A stretch of 64,000 bases of DNA, taken from positions 16,300,087 to 16,364,086 of the forward strand of contig CM119266.1 in the NCBI GenBank assembly GCA_051294375.1, given 5' to 3'. Shown piece after piece: positions 12,937 to 24,144 of the stretch; within the stretch, counting starts at the first letter, position 1; each line of letters starts with the position of its first letter. This DNA comes from Paraspadella gotoi. Its lineage: Eukaryota > Animalia > Chaetognatha. Both the position numbers and the translations under genes were made by a program. The notes beneath the pieces were generated by a model. The model worked only from the letters and a program-made list of their open reading frames with translations, searched no databases and was not told the DNA's origin.

Positions 12937-13219
12937 GCTGTTGGGGAGAATAGAGGAAATCTCGTCAACGCTGTGGGAGGGAACAGTCACCGCGGCACGC
13001 CAGGGCGGTTGTACGTCGAAGGGAATATAACAAAGGAGAGCAACAGTGTTATCCCTAGCACTGAAATTGGGTTTTTGAAAAGTCGGATTTAGTTAAAAAG
13101 AGTGCTCTGACAGAGCCCCTGTGCTATGTTTAGCTTTGTAATCTTCCATCGCTATTCTTTTCAAGCTTAGAATTCTCAGCTTAGAGTTCTCAATTTTTAT
13201 ATTTGCTGAAGTTATAAAG
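12406..13219. promoter_or_regulatory. Probable bidirectional promoter between the TET-like gene (-) and the EF-hand gene (+), with opposed (CT)n and (GA)n tracts
   Basis: Start codons at 12405 and 13220 face away from each other. The interval is CpG-rich, with (CT)n ~12763-12809 and (GA)n ~12871-12932. Confidence 0.5.
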
Positions 13220-16200
13220 ATGTTAACGCTACAGTTTCGATTCATTAAGGCCACGATATGTTTAGCGGCCTTGTTGCCACTTTTAGTGCAGTTAGGACTG
13301 ACGGCGATCCACGTTTTGATGTCGAACGTAAGTTTAATAAAGTCGGGCGAGCATTAGGAAAATCGACGGTGACTGTCCGATTGACTCTTATCACTTCACT
13401 GTTCACTTCTCAGGTTCTACTGAAACAGTTTGCGAAGTTTTTTGTCATAATTTCGATCGTGATAACAAAGAACGCTACCGATATAGAGAATAGAAGGATT
13501 TTGGACAGGTACAATTTTGTTTCTTAAATTATGTTTACCTGGCAGAAAAGCAAAGGTATAGAGAAAGCAGTTTTGAATTACTGTAACTAAGGTTATCTTG
13601 TTGTTCACTTCTTTGACAACCTGGACAATAAAATAGTTTCGCGTTTTATGATTGGAAATCAGGATGAAGACGACAGTGAACTCGAAATCTCACAACGAAA
13701 CCGGTTGGACCGCTATGAGGTGAGAGGATAAAATATAGAACTACGTCGTAGTCTACGAATTTGTATTTTACTTAATAAAAAAATAAAAGAAAATTTTTTT
13801 CATAAATTTCTATGGTTGTCAACAGTAAAAAAAATTTGCAGAACTAATACTTAGCTAAATATTTTTGCTCTAAATTCAGTTCGATTGAAGTGAGTTTGTT
13901 TATTAATACTTTTGTTCAATTCTTCCCTTATCTTTAATATCCTTCTCTTTAATTCGTTAAGACGTTTGATGACTCAGCTCATGGAGAAAAACAACGCGGC
14001 TCAAAATCCCCTCGAAATCGACGAAAATGGCGACGGGAGGATCGACGTCGCGGAACTCGTGAGTTTTTCCTCGAATAGCTTTTAATTTCTTCGTAAATTG
14101 CGGTGTCGTATCTTTCTATTTAACGCATGATAACTATCCGTACCGGCGTAAGATAATATGTATAAGTATATTCGATTTAGCTGCGATTTTTTACTCGTCT
14201 CGCCTCTCAAGACGCCGAGTTGAAAAAGATCACCGTGGGAGAGATTAAGAAGCGAGACGGTGGAGTCGGCGGCCAAGGCGTCGGAGGCGTTGCGGAGAAG
14301 GAAGATGAAGAAGAAGTCGAGGAAGTTGTGAGGAAAGTCGTCAAGTGGATTAGAAGCAGAAATATTAAGTGAGATTTCAAATTTTATTTTTTTTTCTATC
14401 GCCTAACTTGCTTTTATCATCTCCTCGATAAATTATTTTGTCTAGAACGAAAAAGAAGTTGAAAGCTCCACCCTCGCCAGTACTGACTACGGATTCAAAA
14501 TCTCCCGGGACCATGGAGTCAACATCCAGCGATACGCCTTCGCGGGCCGCGACGTTGAAATCGCGGCCTGTACCCGACCCGGACGTCACTATCGAAACGC
14601 CCGCCGAAACAGAAGTTCACACGGTGGAACAAATGAAGAACATTTTTGGTTTCATCGACCACAATGGCGACGGAAGGATCGTCTTCAAAGAAATGGTTTG
14701 TAGTCGAACAAAAAAAAAATCGGGTGTTTGGTAATGGCCCTAATGGGTAATTATTTTGTACAATTTTACACACTAAGGTACAATATTTCGACGAGTAATT
14801 TTAATTTTAATTTTGTTCTTTTATATTACTATACTTTTTGTTTTTTAGATTTGACAGTCCACCTAGCAGAAGGACCTACATATTGAGGATTAAAATCATC
14901 ACTCTATAAACAATCAGAAATTTATTTATTGATTCATTTATACATTAGATGAATTCATTAATGAGTTCATGCTATGCATTAATTCGTGAATTAATTATTT
15001 AATCGAAGAATGAATAAATTGATTAAGATCAAATAAAATCCAGCTAATATTATTTCAAAGCAATACTCTTAAAACTACCCTCGGTTCTCACCCTCTCTTC
15101 CAAACCCTTTCCAGTACGCTTGGATCTACATCATTCTCCTCAATGAGGGCCTCGTCACGAAATCGAATCGCGTTGCCGAAGACGCGGACAAAGAGACGGC
15201 GTCGAAAGACGCCAGCGTCATCGATGCCCGGCGATTCGATCACGGCCCGCTTCCAGAAGACGACGCCGCCTTGAACGCTTCGCGAATGAGCGACGATCGC
15301 CGCGCTAGCTACGCCATCTACCTCAAGATGGGCCCGGTCTTCGACGCCATCGATACCGACGCCAACGGTCGGATCACCTTGGAGGAGTTCCTCAAACGAG
15401 GGGTTGGAGAAGGAGGGGGAGACGAGTGGACAACGTTGAGCCTGATCAACAAAGCCATGGTCGAATTGAGGGAAGAGATTCCCGCGATGAACAGGTGCTG
15501 GTTAATTTGCTTATTGGCTCAGCTGGCATGAAGTCTTTTCTTCATTGTTTTCTTCAGTGTCTCGCTGCCTCCTTCCCTCTTTCCTTCCTTTCCTCTCTCC
15601 CTCTCCTCAGGTTTCCCCCGCCTTCCGAATCGGAGCGGAAAGAGAATATCAAACCGGAAGTGAAAGTGGAAACGCGAGCGGAAGTCAAATCGAAAGTGGA
15701 AATGAAAGTGGATTCGGAGGCGGATGGCGGGAAAGAAACGGCGAAGGAAACGAAGCCCGAGCTGGCGTCCAAGATAAAGCATTTGGTCGAAGCATTTCGT
15801 GAGCTGCAGAGCGTGACCAAGCACAAAAAGGTGACCAAGACCGGGAAGTCGGTCCAGATGACGCTGGCAGTAGAGACGAATCAGGTGGACGAGTTGATGA
15901 AAATGCTTGAGACGGGGCGGGCTGACAAGTCGGAGAAGGCGGCCGAGAGGAAGAAGGCGGCCGAGACGAAGAAGGCGGCCGAGACGAGGCGGGCAGCTGA
16001 GGCGAAACGGGCAGCAGGGACGAAACGGGCAGAACAGACGAAACGGGCAGCAGATAAGAAACGGGCAGCAGAGGCGAAACGGGCAGAACAGACGAAACGG
16101 GCAGCAGAGGCGAAACGGGCAACAGAGGCTATGAGGACGGCTAAGAGGACGAAGCCAACACCCGAGAGAACGGCGTCGTTGGTGTACGAATCTTTCGATA

Positions 16201-16541
16201 CCGACGGAGATGGGTTTTTGAATATTCATGAAATTGTAATTTTTGAATATTCTGTTTTTGAATCTTCGACGCTGAGTTTTGACCCGATTCCCTTTCTCTC
16301 TCAACTTCAGAACAATTTGCTGTCGCGCGTAACCGATTCGGGTTTTTTGAAAAAATCTCCGATGGCTTTGCCTTACATCACCGACATGTTTGTGCAAACT
16401 ACCGACGTAGACGGAGACGGGAAAATCTCCAAGACCGAACTTACACGCTTCGTGTCGAAAAATTACCACCTCATGTTCTCCAACTTCAATCCAGAAAATA
16501 AAGACGCCAATGGAAACGAGAAACGGGTCAGACAACCCTGA
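13220..16541 (+). CDS. Multi-EF-hand calcium-binding protein with hydrophobic N-terminus, ~676 aa; exons 13220-13327, 13414-13508, 13663-13719, 13962-14058, 14181-14368, 14446-14695, 15115-15494, 15611-16235, 16311-16541
   Basis: Five canonical loops: DENGDGRIDVAE, DHNGDGRIVFKE, DTDANGRITLEE, DTDGDGFLNIHE, DVDGDGKISKTE. The GT-AG exon chain stays in frame (2031 nt). The first three exons (MLTLQFRFIKATICLAALLPLLVQLG...) are less certain, and the last 75-nt intron is in frame and could be retained. Confidence 0.72.
15931..16150 (+). repeat. Coding 18-bp tandem repeat encoding E[A/T]K[K/R]AA-type hexapeptides
   Basis: Units such as gaggcgaaacgggcagca give AERKKAAETKKAAETRRAAEAKRAAGTKRAEQTKRAA... 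Confidence 0.9.
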
Positions 16542-18039
16542 AAGGAAAGAAATCAGAGTTGTAATCGCGTGTTTCTATGGTGATTGTCTGTCTTTCTGTT
16601 TGTTTTTATCTCTCTATCAGTTGATTAGGATTTTTTACTACAAAATTCTAAAAAAAAAAGATTTTTTTTTATTAATGTTAACCCGTTTGAATTCGGTTTC
16701 AATTTGTGTGTTTTTTTTTTTTTTAATCCGAATTGGCGTTTTTTTTTTTCGTTAATAATTAAAGGGACTGAAAAAAAGTCGTAAAAGTAAACGTGAAATT
16801 GAATCAATTAGCGAGAAATAATTAGTTTTGAGGGAGAATAAAACGGGAATCTATATTATCTTCTTTTTTTATATCGATATTATGATTGATAAGTCCACAC
16901 TCTAGAAGTAGAACGACAAAAACCCATATGAAAAAGCTCATATTGAAATGTCGTTTGTTGTTAGACCTTTCGGACATTCTGGGCGGTAGTGAGGTAGTGA
17001 GCGTTAGTGAAACCATCGAAGAGAAAAATCTAAATCTGACGGGTATGAAATTTTGATGGACGAAAAATTCGACAGCGATTGACTTAGTTTTTGTTTTTTT
17101 GTTTTTTTGTTTTTGTTTTTCAATTCATGATTTAAAGTCTGAGAAAAGGAGACGCCTCGCCATGTGAAAAGTGAAGCTGAAAGGTCAAGGAAACGGTTGA
17201 GAAAAAAGTAGGCGATTCAAATCGATAAATCATCTCGGGTTTTTGGTTCGTTGTTGTAGTTGACATTAATCGTCACTACAGGGAGAGAGCGACCACCCTA
17301 CTCTCTTCTCGTTCATCAGCTAGGACATGGATGGCTCATTGCACTAGTTCCTTCCCTAATTATTTGATAAAAACCACATAGCTTGAATTTACTATATTAA
17401 GATTCTATGCTTTGGGAATGATAATGAAGTAATTTACTCGTGGATTTCCCCTTTTTTCAGCGTCGTTTGCAACCGTAAACCTCAAGGGGTATGGTAGGGT
17501 GCCTTAGTTTCTTCAACTATTATAAAATAACTGACCCTATACGCCGCGGCCTTTTTCTTTTCCGCGTGGCGTTTTGTATCACTGGGCGCGGATCGGGGTT
17601 TCACGCCAAACGCGTCACTCGCTCACCTCGTTTTCGATCACGAGTTCACTAGTCTCGATCACCCGAATTCACGTTCGAACGGGAAATGAGTTGTTTCGTT
17701 TACCAAATCGCCGAAACTCGATAAAAAAATATTTGGGGATTTAATTTCACGACCAATTTGTTCACTTTGATGGAGATGACTCCGTAATCGATGAAGATTT
17801 AGTAAGTGTCAACCTATTATCTCCGTTTGTGTTATATTTTAAATTGATACCTGCTCCTGTAAAATATAAATATAATAACTACTAATGTAAATTTAAACTT
17901 ATTTCTTTACACACGGTTTTTTTTCTTTTTTCTCTTTTTTTCAATTTTTTTTTCTTTGTCAGTCTTTTTTCTTTCTTTAAATTATATATTTTGTATTATA
18001 TTTTTTAATTTGTTTATATTAATTTTTATTATAGACGCC

Positions 18040-20604
18040 ATGTCACCCTCGAATGGACTTTTGGATTCAAAAACCGTCGATTTTGTTTTTCTCTTGACGA
18101 CGCTGCTCACTTGCTCCGGCTCCACCTACGCTTACACTTTTTCGACTATTGCTCCTGTAAAAAACTCCACCGACGTTCGATTCGATGGGAGGGCGCCGGC
18201 GGAAAGAGTGCGGCAGCTCCACGTCCAGATTCCATCTCGTCATTCTGACGAAAACTCTTCGTCAAAACTCGCCGAGGTCTTCGCCCAGGAAGAGCGTCGG
18301 ATTTCGTCGGATTTCGTAGCAGATCCCGCGGACGAACTCGTCGATGTCAGACCCTTCGAGGATGAGACGGCGGCGCGGGTCTCGACGAGCGACTGGGAGG
18401 AAATTCGAGAAGATCGCGTCAAACTTTGGAACGAGTTGAAGGCGATGAAGGCCAAACAGGCGAGAGCGGATAGAGATTCCTCGATTTTCCTGCGCAAGAG
18501 CCGGGCTACGGCGGCGCTGGCGGCGGCGGCGGCGAAAGAAATAAAGTATCTCCGTCACAAAACGGAAGCGTCGATGTCGAGATCGAAGAAGGCGGAGCGC
18601 TTCATCGGCGCCCTGAAGGCCGTCAACGCGGGATTGACGAAGAGGATGACGAAGGTCGAAGACGAGATGCGTCGATTAAAGGAAGCGAAGAAGACGATGG
18701 ACGCGGAAAGTGCGGCGTTGAAGGAAGCAGAGGCTGCGGATGCGTCGAGACTCTGGAACGAGAGACTGGCGATATTCAAGGACATGATCGATTCCTCCGT
18801 CAAAGCCGGCGTGGAAACTTTTGAAAATCGAGTGGATGCGGCGAGGGAGGCTGTCGAGAAAAAAAGCAAAGAGAAAGCGAGGGAATTGGAGAATATCCAA
18901 GAGGAGAGGTTCCAGCTGCAGGAAAGACGCCTCGCGGAGAACCGAGCGGAATTGAAATTGCTCCGCGAGCGAGTTTCCGATGCGGAGTCGACGGCAAAGC
19001 GGCTCGACAAGGGCTTTTCGGAACAAGACAACGCTTTCAACGACTTCGCCGCTCGCGTCGAGACAAACTTCGAAGCTTTCGTCGACGAGGCGGCGCTCCT
19101 AGCGACGGAGATGCGCAACAAGACGGCAGAGACGGAGGCTGGAGTCGAAGTCGTCGACACGGCGCTGCGTCGAATCATGACTAAATTGGACGCCGTAGAA
19201 GAAACGGCGCGAGAAACGCGGCGTCGAGAGACGGAGCGATTGAAGGCCGACGTCCGCACAGTCAACGCCAGCGTGTTTCGAGCCAACCTCTACGTGCAGT
19301 CCTTCGTGGAGGAGTTAAAGCGGCTGGTCGGACGCGACGCCCGCGTTTCGCGCGAATTGATGCGACTGGATCGCGTCGTTGGTGAATTCAAAAACGCCGA
19401 GACGGAGATGCGCGAGCGACTCAGGACGGCGCCGTCGCTCGATGCCCTTGTTGGCCTCAACGCCTCCGTCGACGCCCTCGGCGACCGCGTGAAGGCGTTG
19501 CGGCGCCTGCACGAGGATCAAGCGGCGCGGGATGCCGGAGATTTAGAAGTCGTGCTGGAGCGACACGACGATCTGGATCGACGATTGGAAAACGCCACAG
19601 ACAGCTGGAGAAAGGATTTGACGAGGTTAAGAGGTTTCGCGCGCGAGACGCAGAAAAGGATGAGATTATTGAGGTCTCAAGTCGAGGAGATTTTGGAAAA
19701 TCTCGAGGAAGGCGGCGACTTCGCCGAGCGGTCTCGATACGACGAAGGACGACGACGATTTTCGCCGGTGGATCGTTCCCCGCCTCCCGAGCCGATCCTG
19801 GCCGCTGTGCGGCTGCAGCGACAACGACTCCACCGACTCGACGGCCTCGTCCAGCGTCAGGGCGACGCCATCAGGGATATCGAGAGTGGCCTCGACGCCG
19901 CCGCCAAGGAGCTGAAGCAGACCGGGATGGACGGGATGATGTTCAAGGCAGAGATTCGAAAGTTGGTTGAGAGGAGCGACGCCGGAGAAGCCAGGACGAG
20001 GGAGGTGGAGAGAAGAGTGGAGATGGTGGAGGAGATGGTGGATAGATTGGCGGGAAGGGGGAAGGAGTACAGGGAGGAAGAAGGTCGTCGGAGGGCGTTG
20101 GAAATGTGGAGGAGAAACGCTGAGGAAGTGGAGTCGGTGTCCGAAGGAGGAACAGATCTTGACGGGAATGAAGATGAAAGAGAGAGAAGAAAAAATGATT
20201 TGGAGATAGAGATAGAAAAAAGAATTGAAATGGATTCAGATGAGAAGGAGGCAAGAAGGAGAATGGAGATGGAAATTGAAAGAATGGAATTGTTAGAGGC
20301 GAGAAGGAGAATCGAGATTGATTCGAGGCGAAGAAACGAATTAGAGGCTGGAAGAAGAGATTTTGAAGGAAAACTTAGGAGAACTGAGAAGGAGAACGGA
20401 AGAGAAATATGGGAGGAGGCAGAGGAGAGAAGAGGTATGGAGATAAGGATGGGAAGAACTCCTCCATTGGAAGCGAATAGGAGAACCGAGAGAACGGACT
20501 TTGGCTCGAGACGGAAATCAGGGCTGGAGGAGGCGTGGCAGCGTGTGGCCCGAAACAGACAGCGATCAAAGCGGAGGATGGGCGAAGTCGAAGACGTCCA
20601 GTGA
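18040..20604 (+). CDS. Putative secreted long coiled-coil glycoprotein, 854 aa, single coding exon
   Basis: 2.5-kb uninterrupted ORF with the ATG at 18040 just after a splice acceptor (ttatag, ending 18034). Signal-peptide-like VDFVFLLTTLLTCSGSTYA, E/R/K/A/L heptad-rich body and six N-X-S/T sequons. No globular domain recognised. Confidence 0.8.
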   Translation: MSPSNGLLDSKTVDFVFLLTTLLTCSGSTYAYTFSTIAPVKNSTDVRFDGRAPAERVRQLHVQIPSRHSDENSSSKLAEVFAQEERRISSDFVADPADELVDVRPFEDETAARVSTSDWEEIREDRVKLWNELKAMKAKQARADRDSSIFLRKSRATAALAAAAAKEIKYLRHKTEASMSRSKKAERFIGALKAVNAGLTKRMTKVEDEMRRLKEAKKTMDAESAALKEAEAADASRLWNERLAIFKDMIDSSVKAGVETFENRVDAAREAVEKKSKEKARELENIQEERFQLQERRLAENRAELKLLRERVSDAESTAKRLDKGFSEQDNAFNDFAARVETNFEAFVDEAALLATEMRNKTAETEAGVEVVDTALRRIMTKLDAVEETARETRRRETERLKADVRTVNASVFRANLYVQSFVEELKRLVGRDARVSRELMRLDRVVGEFKNAETEMRERLRTAPSLDALVGLNASVDALGDRVKALRRLHEDQAARDAGDLEVVLERHDDLDRRLENATDSWRKDLTRLRGFARETQKRMRLLRSQVEEILENLEEGGDFAERSRYDEGRRRFSPVDRSPPPEPILAAVRLQRQRLHRLDGLVQRQGDAIRDIESGLDAAAKELKQTGMDGMMFKAEIRKLVERSDAGEARTREVERRVEMVEEMVDRLAGRGKEYREEEGRRRALEMWRRNAEEVESVSEGGTDLDGNEDERERRKNDLEIEIEKRIEMDSDEKEARRRMEMEIERMELLEARRRIEIDSRRRNELEAGRRDFEGKLRRTEKENGREIWEEAEERRGMEIRMGRTPPLEANRRTERTDFGSRRKSGLEEAWQRVARNRQRSKRRMGEVEDVQ

Positions 20605-21349
20605 TCGTGTAAATTTGTATTGCTATTAATTTATTTGTAAACTGTTAATTTGATATCAACATTTGAAAGAATATAATGATTATTGGTGAGCGTAACTTGT
20701 CAACTTATGCTTTCCGCCTTTTCTCGACGAAAGTAAAAGAAAGAAACGTTAGCCAGGAATAAATCGCCTCGAGGCATGGAAGGCAACTTTCGAGTCTCGA
20801 TCTTTCTCTCTCTGCCTTTTCAAAAATCTCTCGGTTTTTTTTTCTTCTTTCAAAAGTTTTTTTTTTCTCCTACTTTTTGAGGTGACGTAAATCATTCATT
20901 TCCATGTGAGAATATTTTTTAACTACTTCTTCATCTGGGTAACATAAAGTCTCGTTATTCGAATATAAGGCCTGACTTATTTCCTATTTCAGGATTAATC
21001 TCATTATCATATTTTGATTTTTGCAACATCATTATTTTCATAGAATTTAAATTTTTACTATTTTGACGTTTTATTAAATTTTCCTATTTCCAAATATATT
21101 GTACTGAAAAATGTTATTTGTTATCGAAAAGTAAAGAAACTCTGTACTCAAAAAGGGTCCGTTGAGCTCGTACGTATTATCGTTAGTAGTCACCTGAACA
21201 AAAAAAAATCCAGTTCCTTTTTTTGTCATTAGCCCGCGAAATCAAACGTGTCATCGTGGTCGTCGCCACGCCTTAACATTTGGAAAAAAAAGTCGACACA
21301 AAGGTTATATTGGCTTTCTTTTCAAAAAGCACCCCGTTTTAGTTACTTA

Positions 21350-21565
21350 ATCCCCTCATTACCTTCTAATTTGTTACCAAAAGCATAACGCAACCCATAT
21401 CTTAATCCCTAAACCCTAATCAGTAATCTATTACTCTAACCTAAACCATAAAACCCTTAACCTTTTATCCCTAAACCTTTTAATCCTTAGCCCTAACCCA
21501 ATCACTAACCAAATCCTTACCCCTAACCTAATCTTTAACCCCTAACCAACAACTTAATCTTTTAA
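21350..21565 (+). repeat. Degenerate (CCCTAA)n telomere-like tract, interstitial
   Basis: Imperfect runs such as ccctaaaccctaat, ccctaaccca, ccctaaccta and cccctaacc over ~200 bp. Confidence 0.7.
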
Positions 21566-22478
21566 CTTGAAAATTAACTGATTTCAAAATTTAAGAAGAA
21601 ATGGGGGCTTTATATACGGAATTTGTAGTTGTTTTTTTTTGTCCAATCTGGGAATGAAAAGGAATTCTTTAGAGGCATAAATTTGTGTATGCAGTTTATC
21701 ATTTATTAGATTTGTCTCACTTAACTCGGTTTTTTAACTTAATCCGAACAACGACTTCTCATTCTTTATTTCTGCTTATCTTAAATCCCTAGATAAAAAA
21801 AAAGAGGATGAATTCAGAGACTGAATCCTGGCAAACAGCTCTTTAACGCCTCCGCAAATTGTTTTAAAACCGGCGACGCCTCAAAAAAAAAAAAAAAAAA
21901 AAAAAGACGGAAAAGAAAACAAGAGAACTAATCTGCGCAGAATATTTTTTTTTCTTTCGGTTCTAAGTTTTGATTATCCGTTGAAAACGCGCGTTAATTT
22001 TCATAAACAACAGAAGCGAGAGGAAAATCGTTTCAGGTTTGAATGGATACTATTAGTTGTGGCTTTTTCTTTCAAATTTATAAATTATACTCTAACGTTC
22101 TTTGCGACATACTTTCAATGATAATCTAGCATATTTTTTAGAGATTAATAGTAGTTGTTGTTTTGGCTTAGATTTCGAACTTTAATGCTGTAACTTACGT
22201 GTATGCAAAACAGTGCAATAATGATTGGCTAATGTCTATGATATAAATCTTTAACACATTGATATTTAAAGCAATGAACCTCGTCCCACTCTAACTCAAC
22301 GACCGGTCACCAGAATGACGAAGGCACATAAGAAAAACTTTAAACTGTCGCCATTTTTTTTCCTGCATTTTTTTTCCCCTTTTTTCCGACATCATTCACT
22401 CGCAGCTCACTTCGACCGGAGTTCAAGCGAATCCTTCTCAAGCTGAATGGGGCACACATCCCAGATTTTTATTCATCC

Positions 22479-22520
<42 letters not shown>

Positions 22521-23719
22521 CTCTCTCTCACACACACACGCTCACACTCAGCAGAAAAAAGGATCGAGTCTGAAAAACGACGGCGACGGAAAAAGCGACG
22601 AGAAATCGAACGACGAATCGAGGACGACGACGATAAAAACTGCTGCTGCTGTCGGCTCCAACCTTTTTCGGAAAGAAAGACGGAAAACTATGAGTTAAAA
22701 GTCTGTCATGGTGCCGAGGGGAATCAGGGTCAGTCTTTCGACGAGGAACGACGGCAAAAGGGAAAGTTGGAACGACGAAGAGAAAAATAAAAGATCGCCT
22801 GAGGTCTAGGTTTATTGCGCGAATTAATGATGGGTTATGATGAGAGAAGACGGAAAACGCATAGAAGTAATGAAATTTAAAATATAACTATTTCCGAAAT
22901 AGAGGAAACAAAACAAAAACAGTTATACCCTAAGAAATACAAGTGACTATCTCTGAATATTTTTTGGGGAAATATATAATTTAGTAATATAATGATTTAT
23001 AACAAACTGAAAAATTAATATCATATTGACAAGAATGGTTTGTGATCGTGTTTTCTGTCGTTAATATTGAAATGGAAAGAGGAAACACACGACAAAATAT
23101 GCCACCCAAAATGTATAAGTTAAATAGAAAAACGAAGGCAAAGGAACTCACAAAAATTTGGTCAACCACGAAAATATATTTAAATTTCCTATTATGCCTT
23201 TTTAAAATCATTATCATTTTTGAAAATAATTGTAGAAAAATATAATTATATAAAAATATAATTATATTATAATATATAAGCCATTGTAAGGTAAGAAAGC
23301 AAAAAATTATCTTAGTTCCCTAAAAATATTTTCAAAATATTTAAGAAAACTCAGAAAGCCCAGCAAACGGAGCTTTGTCATTCTCGACTTTTTTCGGAGT
23401 TGATAATAATCCATTTATCATTCCTGGACACGTTCGGATGAAAAAGGGAAAAAAAAGAAACTAAAAAGCGGCGAAATTAAAGTGACTCCTACAGCTCCTG
23501 CAGTTTTCGTGTGTCAATTCAGGGAAAGATAAACGACTTTCAGAGGGAGAGAACGAGAGAGAGAGGGAAATAAAGAAAGAGAGAGACTTCAATATGCAGA
23601 TAAATATATAAATCAAGTTTCTTGCGCATCTATTTTGCTATTATGTATTTTTTTATTTGTAATAGATCAATAACAATATCACCCTTTTTTCTTCAAACTA
23701 TTTGTAACTAAATGTTTTC

Positions 23720-23728
<9 letters not shown>

Positions 23729-23787
<59 letters not shown>

Positions 23788-23859
23788 GACAGACAGAGAC
23801 GGCCATCTTGGATTTTCCGTCATAAGACGAAATGATTTCGAAAAAGTTATTCTCTCTCT

Positions 23860-23921
<62 letters not shown>
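23729..23921. promoter_or_regulatory. (GA)n - YY1-like motif - (CT)n cassette upstream of the 24145 gene
   Basis: (GA)n ~23729-23783, GGCCATCTTG at 23801-23810 (CCATNTT) and (CT)n ~23851-23921, about 230 bp before the ATG. Function is inferred only. Confidence 0.4.
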
Positions 23922-23925
<4 letters not shown>

Positions 23926-24144
23926 GGGCCGAGGCCAGGATCATTGCACTTCAGCTCGAAGCCGACGAAAGACCGAATCTTATTTTACGATTTAAGAGAA
24001 AAAACAACAACGGACAAAAATTAACGAAATGTTTCAAAACCTCGACCAATTCGCTCCTTTTTACCCCTCCTCGTCGTTTTTTTATTAGAAATAATTAAAA
24101 TTCAGATATTCGCTTGTTTATTAACTGCCAAACGCATTTCAAAT

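Noticed and set aside
13880-13889. 10-nt micro-exon candidate (ag-ttcgattgaa-gtgagt) in the EF-hand gene
   Set aside because: Including it breaks the frame; the flanking exons join in phase without it.
15519-16535. 338-aa minus-strand ORF with CCPFRL repeats, superficially a Cys-rich protein
   Set aside because: Antisense shadow of the EAKRAA repeat exon of the EF-hand gene.
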